A stretch of DNA of 59,800 bases, counting the filler, from Sphacelaria rigidula (Eukaryota), in the NCBI GenBank assembly GCA_964200075.2. It is 7 parts of 7 records of this genome, joined end to end, with 100 filler letters (N's around TTAATTAATTAA, not from the genome) between each part and the next. Parts side by side here need not be neighbours in the genome. Positions count along the whole stretch, not along the records: positions 8,560 to 17,017 come from CAXNAA020011072.1; positions 17,118 to 25,575 come from CAXNAA020011073.1; 5 more parts are not named here. One strand, written 5' to 3'. Under the pieces are notes generated by a model, which worked only from the letters and a program-made list of their open reading frames with translations, searched no databases and was not told where the DNA came from. The position numbers and the translations under genes are program-made. Every line of letters begins with the position of its first letter. Within the stretch, counting starts at the first letter, position 1. Below, piece by piece: positions 12,897 through 25,103 of this stretch.

Positions 12897-13172
12897 GACA
12901 GGAGGAAGGTCAACACAGGAGTTTTTTCTTGTTTCAAGTAACCTACCTTCCTTCTGCCGTGCTTTCCGCTATTTTTTATCGCAAGAGGAGCTCAGCACTC
13001 CCTTGTCCTTCGTCGACCGTTCAGTCGAGTTTTGTGTACCCACGACATCGTCGCTCTCGACTGTTGGGCCTTCATTGCGTGAGAAAAAATCCCAGATCGC
13101 TCCGAGATTCTAACCCATGACCCAACCGTCATGAAATTTCGAGGTTACCGACTGAGCCACCGGGGCGACCGG
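12897..13172 (-). mobile_element. tRNA-derived SINE copy
   Basis: The minus strand starts CCGGTCGCCCCGGTGGCTCAGTCGG (A box) and has a degenerate B box. Its body and tail are shared with the copies at 23735, 44097 and 59560. Confidence 0.8.
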
Positions 13173-14898
13173 TCTTACAATGCGGCGTGAAAAGGAGTTC
13201 AGCAGCGTGCAGCCTTGTACTGCCTGCACTGTCCATGAGCGTGCACGCAGCTCGGTTGTCCACCGTACCACGTAATTCCGCCCCTGATCCCAACGATGAA
13301 AGAAGATGCGCAAATTGTCGCCAACAAAAAAATAAAAAAGCATACACGACAACCGAGGGGCCCCATATCGGGAAATTCATGCACCACCCCCCCCTCGCCG
13401 CACAAACCTGATTCTGGGGTTGGAGGACGGGGGGGGGAGGGGGGGGGACCCGATTTCATGAGAGGTGTACCCCCTGATCGATGGATGATGGCGATAGTAG
13501 TTACTGTACTGCACCGCACTCGTTTGCCGGTAACGTCGGCCTGCGCCGCGTGTACCGAAACGGAAGATGGTAGGGGTAAGTCAAAGCAAGTAGAAAAGAA
13601 CATGCCCGCAGAAGCAGGGAGTGAAGATCAAAGCGCTCAGGGTACCGGCGCAGGAAATGTGCCGCAGATTCCAGAAGTCTTGCAAGTGGTGAACGCAAAG
13701 TGGGCGCGCCCGGCACCCGGGAGTTTTCATGGATCTGCCCATGCGGGCATAACAATATCAATATCACGTTAATTACATTTCATGACTGCCGCTACCTCGA
13801 TGTTGGATATTATTTTTCGGAACACCACGTCCATAACATTCCCCTTTGCAACCTCTCCCTCTCTTGTGCCGCAGTGCAGTATGAATTGCGATATGTAGAT
13901 ATACGCGTTGTATGAACACGGCTGTCTGCCCAAATGCGGGCAAAGTATATGATTATCTGCAACTCAAACATTGTGCACGTCTATAATATCACAACAGTTT
14001 CGTGTCGGCTGGTAACACCGCACAGTCAACTCACTGCATGTCCATTTCAGTCATTCAGTAGCAGTACACAACTGTTCATCGTACACCGCGCTTCTTAGCA
14101 TGGCGGCCGCATCACTGCGATAGTGTGAGGTCGGTAACAACCGGTCTTGCAAAAGCCAGCGGGACTCAATATTCATTATCCAGTAATCGCCGCGACTCAA
14201 AGTCATTTTTCAGCCGGCAAAATTGCTCCCCGATCGCCACAAGAACAACTGACACACCAGAACTCCTCGGTTTTGGGCTGCTCACGTTGAGCCGAACCCG
14301 GAGATATCTAAATGATCGTTCAATTCCGTATACTAATGGAGAAAAAGGAAGAATGAGGTTTTCCCGAATTCATTTGGCATTTTCCTCATTCTCGACCGCG
14401 GGTGCGGGGGGGGGGGGGGGTAGGGGGGGGGGCCGGGATTCCCGATAGGGGGGGCGTAGGAAAAAGTGCAGTGGATTTATCCCTGGGCGCAAAGAGGGCT
14501 CTATGCTGCAGGGTTGCGGTGGTAGCCGAGAATGAGTTGGATGGAGTTTGCATGGTCTTGTGAACAGGTATTATGTGGCGTGGTGGTCTATGAGATAGGA
14601 GTCAGGTGTCAAGTGCCATTTCGTGCCTTTCGATCGCATGTTTTCGGTTTTCGATCGAAATTGATTGTTTTTCATGTCAAATATTTTTTCTCCGCACGCC
14701 GCTAGAGTTGAGGCCCTCTAGGAACATCAATGCGGTGGACCTATGAGATCGGCAAAAAAAAATCGATCGCACTATTTCGATCGAAAAAAAGAGTGCTCAG
14801 ACACGACCTGGGAAACGGCCTACAAGAACATACGTGACGTGGACCTATCAGATCACAACTTTATTTTCCGCCGCACTTTTCGATCGCATTTCTTTTTC

Positions 14899-15003
14899 AA
14901 CCCTTTGATCGCAAGTGTAGATCACCTGCGTATCGGCATCAATTTCACTTGAAAAAGTATGAGTGATCTAGACGGACTACCCGCATCGCAGTCTACGGGT
15001 TAA
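14899..15003 (-). mobile_element. Solo piggyBac-like MITE, same unit as the 43195-44087 array
   Basis: tcaa|CCCTTT...ACGGG|ttaa termini and the internal atcggcatcaatttcacttgaaaa...gtgatctagacggactacccgcatcgc. Confidence 0.75.
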
Positions 15004-15088
15004 GAGACACCCTCTGACATGTTTTTAGTATTAGGATCGTTGACAAGGTGCTGGGGGTACCACAAATAACATGTACCATGCTACATAC

Positions 15089-15198
15089 CTGGGGGAATAG
15101 CGGAGTTCACCTTGCCAGTTCCGCTGATTCCAAAGCATGAGGGCTCCTTCCCCGCTAACCGCATGCCGCTGTCGTATATCATCAAACCCTGGCAACGC
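15089..15198 (-). CDS. Candidate internal exon of an unidentified multi-exon gene
   Basis: Good acceptor ctctctcag| and donor CAG|GTATGT. Two frames are open (ALPGFDDIRQRHAVSGEGALMLWNQRNWQGELRYSP or RCQGLMIYDSG...). Other exon-like blocks lie near 13600-13685, 15860-16010 and 16215-16385. Confidence 0.4.
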
Positions 15199-16498
15199 CT
15201 GAGAGAGACACAGTTCGAGTGCAGCACACAGCATTCAAAAGGCACAATCATAGACCTCAACGAGCATATAAAGGGAAGTACTGCTGTCTGTACTGTACTG
15301 AGGTGCTGCTGCCTGTACTGTTGCGGTGCGATGAGGTGATACCACGGGGGAACAGACAACAGTACAGGTATGACTACATCTACTACACCAACTCACTTGC
15401 ACTCTTCCAGCTCCTTTCCCATCATTGATCGCTTGTTCTCACCCATGGCTGTGGTTAAGGAGGCGTGATATCGATGTTCCACAAACAGGGCAGCAAAGTA
15501 CAGGGCCGCAGCACATTAGCTGAAAAGCTGGCCGAGCGACCAGCTTCGGACCGCGAAGCTATAATTATGACCATCTGCTTCTGCGCTGAAACTGAATAAT
15601 GACACTTTCGTCGAGTACGCACTGCGTAGCTTCGTCTCGGAAGAATCAGACAACGCCGCTCCTGTGTCGCTCAGCATTTCGCTACCACCTGTCCTGTTCC
15701 CCGATAGGATTCTCTTCGGTGAATAGATCAAGGCTGGCGCTAATGTGAGTGGATACCAGGCATATGTACTGTGGAGATTGTAGCATTCACCCCGAAGAAC
15801 ATGAATGATCCCGCAAAGATGGCACGATTGTTTTCATCCGTCCGTGCGAACGAGCATCACCCGTCTAGGGGCTTGAGGAGGTCCCCGTGCTGGAGGCCAC
15901 ATTATCCCTTTCCATGTTTTTACTGCGAAGTCTATTCCGGGATACTTCATTTTAACAGAGCATGTAGCACCAAATTTGACGGGTTCCACTTCTACAGCTG
16001 GAATGCTGCCCATCAGGCGTGAGTGCTTTTGGCCGCGAAAGTAATCCATGAAGGAAGCAGATTGCATCTTGCCGCATCGGGATTATTAATTACGAGTATG
16101 ATCTACTATCCACTATCTTACCGTATGCAAGCGTGCGTGTCCAGGAATTGTGCATCCGCCCCAGGAAACGTTTGCGCTTCTGGACTTGCAAATATGTTCC
16201 TATTTGCAGCGACACCGTGTTGATCACTGGTATATTTCTGTTGGTGTTGCCTGACTGACAGGTCACCTTGGAAGTACTCCTTGGGAATGTCGTGGCGGAG
16301 TAGGCAAGGGGAAAGATGTGGGCATCCGTGCAGTCAGCTCGGTCCACACGGACATCCGGTTCGTACTGTTCCAAAACGGTGCTCTATGTCGGCGATGAAA
16401 CAACCGGTAGAACAGCACTAGTGAAGACTAGTGACAACGGTATGCACTGATTGTACAGACAGTAACATCGCATACACACCGCCCCTGTTACGTACAGC

Positions 16499-16920
16499 TC
16501 ACTTGAGGTCCATTCAATGAACTCGTGAATATCATGAAGCCCAGCTAATCACGCGTGGGATACTTATCGTAAAGTTCGAAAACATGCGATATCCGCGACC
16601 GTGCTTCCTGTGACGCAGTTTCTGAGCAATTAGCTAATAAGAAGAGAACGAGAAACGCCTCCCCTTTTGCCCCCCACTCCTCCCCGCCCCTCGCCCCGCT
16701 ACAAAACTCGTGAAACAAGGGTTGAGGTCGCATGACTTCACTTGAGATCCGTTCAATGAAATCGTGAACATCGGGAAGCCCAGCTAATCACGCGTGGGAT
16801 ACTTATCGTAAAGTTCCACAACACGCGATATCCGCGGCTATGCACTCCTGTGACGCGGTTTCTGAGCAATTCGCTAGTGAGAAGATGAGAATGAAAAACG
16901 TCTCTCATTTTGTCCCCTCC

Positions 16921-16930
<10 letters not shown>
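16499..16930. repeat. Tandem duplication, period about 239 bp
   Basis: tcacttgag...gaagcccagctaatcacgcgtgggatacttatcgtaaagttc starts at both 16499 and 16738. Confidence 0.85.
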
Positions 16931-16965
<35 letters not shown>

Positions 16966-17017
16966 ACGGGGGAAGGCCCCCCCCCCCCGGGGGGGGGGGG
17001 GGGGAGCAGGGTTCAGA

Positions 17018-17117
17018 NNNNNNNNNNNNNNNNNNNNNNNNNNNNNNNNNNNNNNNNNNNNTTAATTAATTAANNNNNNNNNNNNNNNNNNNNNNNNNNN
17101 NNNNNNNNNNNNNNNNN
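17018..17117. other. Artificial contig spacer
   Basis: N44-TTAATTAATTAA-N44. Confidence 0.99.
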
Positions 17118-18539
17118 GTTTATTTCGCCCATAGCGTTGAGGTTGACAGCTGGTCCATCGAATGAGGAAAATGAAGAACGCAAAGGACTTGTGACTTGTA
17201 TACGCTGGAATACGTGATGCCGAACTGCCCAGCGCCAAACCCCAACAATCGCCAATAAATAGCCATTTGGGGGCGACTTGGGTAAGGTAGTGCCCACGAT
17301 TGTTGGCCCTATCTGCCACCACAAGATTCGACGCACATTGGACGCAAACTGGCAGTGCAGATAGATGCGTTTAGCTTGGTTGAGCAAGCAGAGCATTGTG
17401 GTATTTGTTTATTGTTGTTCTCGTCATGGAAGTGTAATGTGCAATGTATAGCCGAAACCCATGAATATAACTTGGCCTCACTTACTTGGCTCCGAAGGTA
17501 TGCGAAGAATTTAAGCTTCATTGTAACACGAATTTTCAGAGATTTTTTCATGTATTTTTTTTTTTATCTATGTATTAGATTTAGCAACCTTTCCCCCTAG
17601 AATCTCCAGGATTAAAAAAGGGGGCGTAGGATCTCGGATTTTTTTTTTTGGGGGGGGGCACTCTCGATCCACAGTATATTGAAAGGGAAAACAAGCTAAA
17701 TACCGCAATATTTCTCGTGTTTCCGACGGCGCCCCCGCGAGGCCTCCTCACCAGCCGGGGGGGGCTCGCGGCTTCGTGGCTCGCCGCCGATATTTTTCCA
17801 GCTAATCGGCGCCGATTAACTGGAAAAGCATCGATTTACTGGCCGTGCCGGCGGCTAGTTTAAACGTATCTGGCCAGAGCTATCAGTTCACCGCCTTAAT
17901 AAATACTATTGATCGATGGTTTCACCTTCCTACAGCCAGGAGGGTACAGGTGGCACGCAGTTTTCTGACAACAACAATAATAGGCGAATGCTTCCTAACA
18001 AAAACATCTGTAGACGGCTGTAACGGGTCAATCATACTTCCTGGGGGGAGGGGGGGGAGTCGACCAACTAGAAGACTGTTTGCCCTTTTGGGAGCTGAAT
18101 GTAGTTATTTGCTCTCAGGCGAAGCGCGGAAAACGGTTCCGGATAAAAAGATACGATCTTTTCGGTAACCCCGCCCGTTTCTGCCATGGAGCTAGACATG
18201 CACCTGTTGTTGTATCATAACCCCGGCTCTCCCACCGTTAATAATGGGCCCACGTGGCCTCTATCACACGATGTTTACGTCGATGATCTAGATCTGTAGC
18301 AGTAGATCACACAAAGCAGCCGTTCGCACGTGCCACTGCACTATATAATGTACTTCGTCACCGCCGGACCTGCGGAACAGACGGGCTCAGACATTTGCAG
18401 TCGTTTCTGTCTGACAACGGGTCTGAGAAAACCATGAGATGAGTGAATATTTTGAATACAACATTGTTCCAAGTCACCGTCTGACTTCCGTCAAAAAGGA
18501 GGGTTAAGCTAGGCTCCAAGCTGGAGACACAGACAAGAT

Positions 18540-18593
18540 ATGTGGGGCACGCTAAGTCTGGGCACGCTGAGAGAAGCTGCGGCAAAGCTCAAG
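18540..18593 (+). CDS. Probable first coding exon (MWGTLSLGTLREAAAKLK) of a possible golgin/TMF-like coiled-coil protein
   Basis: ATG preceded by an in-frame TAG, strong donor AAG|GTATGA, and a phase-0 join to the 21535 exon giving ...AAAKLKDGLEAQMEEAV. Confidence 0.55.
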
Positions 18594-20859
18594 GTATGAA
18601 TGTATCCCTGATTTCCCCCGATTTCTGCTGAACCTGACTCTAACGACGCCGACATCCCCCTTCCAGCGTACGTTGACAGTCAATCCCTGTACTGTGTTCG
18701 CTTCACTGCACTGTACTATACTGTACTGTACTGTACTGTACTGAAGGGACGGTCCCATACGTGATGATGTGTATCGACAGCATCCCGGAAAGTGTAGCAC
18801 GTAATACTGCCGCGGGGGTGGTCCAATTTTCAGTCAAGCCCGCTCCCAGTGTTTCATGTGCTTGAACTGAGCGCCCTGTGCTTGCATTGAGGAGTATTTG
18901 GCTGGCTGCTTTGTTGGATAGGGTCTTCTGAGCGTCAACAACAGCAGTTCCTGTTTTAGTAGACACAGCGCAGGCTAGACAGCCCAGTCCAATACGATGG
19001 AGACGCTTCGGCTGCGCATACTTCGCTGCTCGTGCACGCAAGCGGGGCCACGAGTATTAGAAACACCGGGTATGCTTCCCCAGAGACTTGTGTGCTTGGT
19101 TTCGAGATGTGCACTAGAGTACATGCTTGCTTCTGTTGAAGACACAACGCGATGCCGTAACAACGAATCTCTGGCACGATGGACGTCGAACATTGCGGTG
19201 AAACGAGCACGTAATCAGGGCTGGTCGGAAGCAACCGATTGGGAATTGGTCGCGAGTTTAGCCGCAGAGTACCGACGGCCGAACGGCATTCTCCCGGGCA
19301 GCGTCTTGTGGTTGGTCTTTGCTGTACAACGAGATGAAGCTCCCATCCGTAAATATATCTACATTGCAACACATCACAGTACAGTCAGTAGTACAGAGCA
19401 GTGTGCAGCTATTTTCGTGCCTCTATGCTGTACTGTACTCGCCAAACGTGGCCTGTTTCCTCTGTCCAACTCAATCTCGTTCTGCAGTACTACTGCACCC
19501 TTTCAAGTACATGCAGACAGACTGAGGAGTTGCGTTGACTGTACAGTACAGGGGAGGGCAGCTCTTAGTAAGACCGGTGTTTGCAAGGCTGATTGATCTC
19601 TCTGCCCGCCTGTCAAAAATATATTTCGGGACACGTCGGCCCCAAGATCGAAAGTTCGAGTTTTCGAGGGGGGGGACACCCAGCCTGCTGTCCCCTAGTT
19701 TATCGTCGAGGCGTTGGCGGATGTGGTCAGCTGCCATGCGCAGAGATCCTTGGCATGGAGACCGCTGACAGGCACACTGCCCCTCCAAGCTCATCACCCA
19801 TCATTATTTCATTTATGGGATCATGTTGCGTGTCGTGTGCCTCGACTACCCACCACTAGAGGTCCGGTCAAATTTGGCGAGGCGTGAGATAATGTTGCTA
19901 CTTTGGCTACAGGTTGTCGCTACCGTGCGCTCGTGTATTGTACATAGATGTGTATGAGCGTTGCCGGCATCCGAGGTCATCGGCACAGGGCGGGCGAGGA
20001 TTAGAAGCAAATATACGAACCTCGCAAAGCCCGCCAGACTTTTCGGTTTTTGTCAGGGTTGATCATTTTTTTCTTCAATTTTCAACAAAAAATGAAGAAA
20101 ACAAATCGCAAAATAATCACCAAGAAAAATCTCAAAGCCATGACAATTTTCGAAAAACTGCCCTCCGGGAGGGGGGAGGGGTGGTCTCCGTGTCCCAATT
20201 TTTTCTCTCGACAGACCCTTGCAAGGCCCGTAAATTTTCCGGCAGACGACTTACTTTTAGTCTGTCGGCACTATAAAGAGACCACTATACGACACTTTTT
20301 GGCTGAAACGAACAGCACAGTTCCCGGCGCAACTGTCTGTCTGTACGGCACCTACCAACTGTACTGTCTGTATATTTTCAGCACGAAGATTGGGAGTATG
20401 CCAGTAGCAGAAGTGAGTTAGTTCACCGCATAAACGTCGAGCCGAATAAAAAGGCTGGGACACGGCCCACCGAGTGCCTTCTCTTCGGCGCGCTCTCCTC
20501 CAGAGACGAAGGAAACGAAGCACATCGGTTATAGACGTACCATCACGGAATAGACCACCCTTAGATGGGCGAGGTCTCAAGTGCCGTGAGTGTCCTTCTA
20601 TCAAGACCATCACAGTTCTGCGCACAACTCCATCGGAAAGATCGAACCCACACGGAAGATTCACGACCTATCAGCTTTACCAGAGTGCCCCCCCCCCCAA
20701 CCTCCCACCACCGCTACTTTCAATGAAAACTGGTCGCTCTCGTGTTTCTCGAATATCAGCCAAACACGGGATCGAGCCAGTCTGTAGCTGTTGTACAGGG
20801 CAGTGCAGCCTGAGGTACCACCTATACACACAGCCGGGGTGAACTGCCGGACTCTGTCG

Positions 20860-21462
20860 GGTGCCACGCGCGAAGCCCATTTTTTCGTATTTTTGGCTGA
20901 GAATTTACAAGGATGTGGTTGATGCGAGTGCCCGTATGTGCCGCAGCGTTGTCATCGTTTTTTATCAATTTTTGAGGAAGTTACAGCATTTTCTTGTTTT
21001 TGCTGAAACTTCAACTCGCTCTAACTTATTTTTGTTTCCCTCTGCACCCCTCACAGGGTTGCGCAGATTGATGATCAAAATGTCGTGTCAAAATTTCAGC
21101 GCCTAAGTCTTCGAATTGCCAAAAGCATCTCCACTCTCCGTTTAAAAATCACTGGTAGCCGGCCCAGCTCGTAGAGTATTTGAGATCGTACTCGACCTAC
21201 TCAAACGTCGAGTAGAGTAAATACTTGAGTATTTTTCTCGAGTACTCAAAAGTACTTACTTGTCTCGACCTGCCCTTGCATTTTTCCTGTTTTTGCTGAA
21301 ATTTTTACTCCCTTTAACTTCCTGTTTGTTTGTTTTTTCCCTCTGCACCCCCAATAGGGTTGTGAAGGTTGATGATAAAATCTCAGTGCCTAACTCTTCG
21401 AATTTCCATTGACATTTCCACTCTTCGTTCAAAAATCACTGTCAGCTGGCTGGCCCAGCTCG
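20860..21462 (-). mobile_element. Two truncated ends of the CGAGCTGGGCC-terminal element family E
   Basis: GGCCCAGCTCG|TA termini at 21171 and 21462. The sequence is the reverse complement of 22141-22445. Confidence 0.8.
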
Positions 21463-21534
21463 TACTGCAGGGGCAAGCACCGTCGCTTTCGGCACCCTTT
21501 ACTCACCGATCGACCACCCGAACGCCCAACGCAG

Positions 21535-21808
21535 GATGGCCTCGAGGCTCAAATGGAGGAAGCCGTGACCAATGCTGGACCTAAGGTCGAACGGGCGAGT
21601 CCAAGGAGTGATACAGATGGTCATTTTCCACGTGAGCAAGGGGAAACGGAAGATTTTGGGAGCTACGCAATCTCACCGTCATCATCCACGGCCGCTGCCG
21701 CGCCTTTCATGTCTCCGCGAACGCCGGGACTCCAGCTTGGCGGATATGGGGATGGGGAGCGCAGAACGATGGATAGAAATGCTGGTCGTGCGGATGAGAG
21801 TCACTATG
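21535..21808 (+). CDS. Second coding exon of the same gene (DGLEAQMEEAV...RADESHY; low-complexity, probably disordered)
   Basis: Branch-like ACTCAC at 21501, acceptor acgcag|, donor TATG|GTGAGT, and an open frame of 91 codons. Confidence 0.75.
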
Positions 21809-22140
21809 GTGAGTTGGGAAGTGGGGCAGTGCACGTGCCCGGGATAAAGCTCATTCTATCATCTGGGGAGTGGATGGTGGGGGGGGGGGGCGGGGGGAGG
21901 GGGAACTCTTCAAGATTTCATGGTTCGGACGAATTATCCCTGGTTCGAATAACCAAATCCACAATTGTTTAGGCCCGATTGCTCGAAGGAGAGGAAGAAG
22001 TCGACCCCTGGTCAACACGGTCCCTCAACTTTTTTTTGCGTCATTCCACGTGCCTGGGGTGCACCTACTGTACGTGGGTTGCAACGCTGAAAACACAAAA
22101 GCCTGAGGATCGATTCGTGCGGTACGAATCAAATACACTA

Positions 22141-23290
22141 CGAGCTGGGCCGGCCAACAGTGATTCTTGAACGAGGAGTGGATATGCGATTAGCAATTCG
22201 AAGAGTTGGGCGCTGAAAAATTTGACACCACATTTTTGTCATCAATCCGCGCGATCCTATAAGTGGAGTAGAGGGAAGGAACAAAAAAAAGGAAGTCAAG
22301 AGCGAGTTGAAGTTTCAGCGAAAACAGGGAAAATCATGTAACTTCCTTAAAAATTGATAAAAACGACGACAACGCCCCAACACATACGGGCACTCGCGCC
22401 AACCGTATCCTGGTAAAGTTCCGGCCAAGAATACCTCAAAATGAGCTGCGCCCCGGTGGTCAAACTGATACAACAGCCTCAAATTGCACAGATCACGAGT
22501 TCAAATCCCGACACGTCTAAACAAAATTGTGTGCATAATCTAATCGTGGGTAACAGACACTTTCTACGATAGCCCCCCCCCCCCAAAACCAGCCCAAAAG
22601 TGTCACGAAAAAAATGACCATACAGCGCCTGATGTTTGGTTTCAGTCTGCATGAAGCGCCTCATATTGGCGACATTTGGCTAGAGCGAACCCAAGGGTGG
22701 GAATTCCCAGCTGCTCGTTGTGCTCGGCTTTTCCCATTTCGATTCACGTGACGATTTTGCCTCCCAAAACCATGCACTTTCGGGGGGGGGGGGGGGCTAT
22801 CGTAGAAAGTGTCAACATCTCGTACCTCCGGGTTGGAAAGGGTGTCGATATTTTGGTGACGTTCTTGTTTTTAGGGGTGGTAAAGCGCAGTTTCAAGTAG
22901 CACTTCTCCCTCGCGCGGTGATATACGACAGTTGGCTCGGAGGTTCTCTCCCATGATGGAGCTTATGACGAGCTTGATGCCATATTGCAGCACTACCAGT
23001 GTGGTGTGTCGGGTGTGCGTGTGCCTATGCGGCGCAACCGTCTATCGTAATTCCACCGCATTTTGTGAAACGAAACGTCTCTAGATACGCTGTGACGCAA
23101 GGACAAGAGATTTACCCCGTGCTAAATGCAGTACAAAAACATCATCGCCAATACTGCGCCAATCAAGTAGCGGCGGTATTACCAGGTTAGTCTGCAGTTC
23201 ACAGCGATATCCTCAAGTCGCGCTGATTTGGGAAACTTGAGATATTGTGGTGTGAAGAGAGAATGTGGGATTTACTGCCGGCCCAGCTCG
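22141..23290 (+). mobile_element. Non-autonomous TIR element family E (TA|CGAGCTGGGCC...GGCCCAGCTCG) with an internal tRNA-like cassette and a nested MITE A
   Basis: TIRs at both ends, colinear with 34329-35215, and interrupting an 88-bp tandem-repeat unit at a TA. Confidence 0.85.
22556..22813 (+). mobile_element. MITE family A, full copy with 4-bp TSD AACA
   Basis: Perfect TIR gacactttctacgatagcccc / ggggctatcgtagaaagtgtc, with AACA on both flanks. Confidence 0.92.
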
Positions 23291-23304
23291 CAAAAAGAAG
23301 TTTT

Positions 23305-23595
23305 TTTCAGACGAATCATGAATAATTCGCTGAAAACCAAGCCTGAAGATTTATTCGCACGGTACGAGTCAATCACACTAAAATCAAGTAATTTACAGAC
23401 GAATCATGAATAATTCGCTGAAAACCAAGCCTGAAGATTGATTCGCACGGTACGAGTCAATCACACTAAAATCAAGTAATTTACAGACGAATCATGAATA
23501 ATTCGCTGAAAACAAGGCCTGAGGATTGACTCGCACGGTTCGAGTCAATCACACTGAAATCAATTAATTTACAGACAAATCGTAAATAATTCGTC
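23305..23595. repeat. 88-bp tandem repeat (about 3.3 units, plus an interrupted unit at 22087-22140)
   Basis: gacgaatcatgaataattcgctgaaaacc recurs at 23310, 23398 and 23486, and degenerately at 23574. Confidence 0.92.
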
Positions 23596-23734
23596 CGACC
23601 GTTGCAAGATATTCGAGCACCACATCAGTTCGTACGACACGACAATTTGAAGAACACGCACACATGCATGAAGATGGATATATGTGTGTGTTGACATCCC
23701 ATCTATGCTGCACGCCGGTCTACACCTCTCGGTA

Positions 23735-24051
23735 TATGTGGGCGCACCAGCCGGGGTCACACAGGTAAAAGGCCATCCCAGGATTTTTTTTTTTCATGTG
23801 TTTTAGGTCTCCACCTTTCCTTCTGCGGTGGTTGCCTTTTTTTTTTCATCAAAAGAGGGATTCATCAGTCCCTTCCCGTCGTCGACCGTGATGTCGAATT
23901 TTTTGTATCCACGACATAGTCGCTCTCCACTGTTGGATACTGTATCGTGTGTGAAAAATCCCAGATGGTGTGACTGCGCCGAGATTCGAACCCACGACCC
24001 AACCGCCAAGAGGTTTCGAGGTTTTACCAACTGAGCCACCAGGACAATCGT
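23735..24051 (-). mobile_element. tRNA-derived SINE, near full length
   Basis: A box GGTGGCTCAGTTGG and B box GGTTCGAATCTC on the minus strand; tail ...GTGACCCCGGCTGGTGCGCCCACATA. Confidence 0.82.
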
Positions 24052-24333
24052 GGATGTGCATGAAAATACATGGCAGTACCGCGCAAATAAATCACACATA
24101 ACTTTGAACATGATTTTCCACAGCGACCTGCGCCAGAGAGACTCTTGCCCCCAATTGAAAATTAGGGGCTGGACTCTTATCCGTAACAACGGGTGTAGGT
24201 GTTTTACACGTGGAACAAGGAGAGAGGGGAGGGGGGGGGGGGGGGGTGCTCACTTGTTGCGTGCCGAGGTTAGTTTACCCCTCGGGAGGGTGAGAAATTT
24301 CTCGGAAATTTATAAGTCCGAACAAACTATAAT

Positions 24334-24520
24334 ACTAACACTAAACCTGAACACTAACACTAGTAACCCCCTAACGAAGGCACGCCGAGAACCCTCGGGC
24401 GAGGGGCTGCAAAGTGCTCCCTAGCCAAAGTGTGCGTTGCCAGACCTCAAATCGGTGCCCCAGGCGAAGATTTCGACAAAATCGCGTTCTTTCGCACGCT
24501 AGGAGCACAGTCCGCAGTAA
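24334..24520 (+). repeat. Repeat headed by a degenerate (CCCTAA)n tract; copy 1
   Basis: ctaacactaaacctgaacactaac... followed by aaggcacgccgagaaccctcgggcgag, homologous to 25104-25265. Confidence 0.65.
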
Positions 24521-24795
24521 CGATCCGGATTTCGGTGTCCACACTAAAATCAAGTCGAACTATAAACCAACCATAGCACCCAAGTGGTGAACTGTACTGT
24601 GCGTGCCTTAGTCGTATGACCAATGACCGCGCATCCCTTCCGAGACGGAGCGCGAGGGGGAGGCGGGGGGGGGGGGGGGGCAAAGATATTCTCCCAGGCA
24701 GGTTTTTTTCCCTTTCCTTCCCGGGGGGGTGCATGAAACGGTTTTCGGAGACGTGTGTTNNNNNNNNNNGGATTGCGGGGCGAGCGCGCGCGTCA

Positions 24796-24837
<42 letters not shown>

Positions 24838-25103
24838 AGATCGTTCTCTGCGCATGCGTTTTATTCCTCTTCTTCCACGGGGCGAGTACGAATCCGTTGT
24901 CTCTCAAGTGGTCCGGCCCATTTCGGTAAAAGTACCATGCTACGGTAGGGGTTGCACAATCAGGCCCGGATCTTTCTCATTCAGGGGCCTCCTAAAATTA
25001 AGAGCTACACAAGAGTATGTATGGGTGAGAACAAGAGGTGTGTTGACTGGAGTTTGTGTTGCATTTCCTTCATGTTCGACACATTTTACAACTATTCGCT
25101 GAC

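Noticed and set aside
16920..17005. Poly-Pro/poly-Gly ORFs and G-quadruplex elements
   Set aside because: These are homopolymer runs next to contig ends or gaps (also 24796-24835), and their lengths are unreliable.
18997..19596. 199-aa ORF
   Set aside because: No recognisable domain or convincing splice signals, and it lies in the presumed first intron of the contig 3 gene. It cannot be fully excluded.
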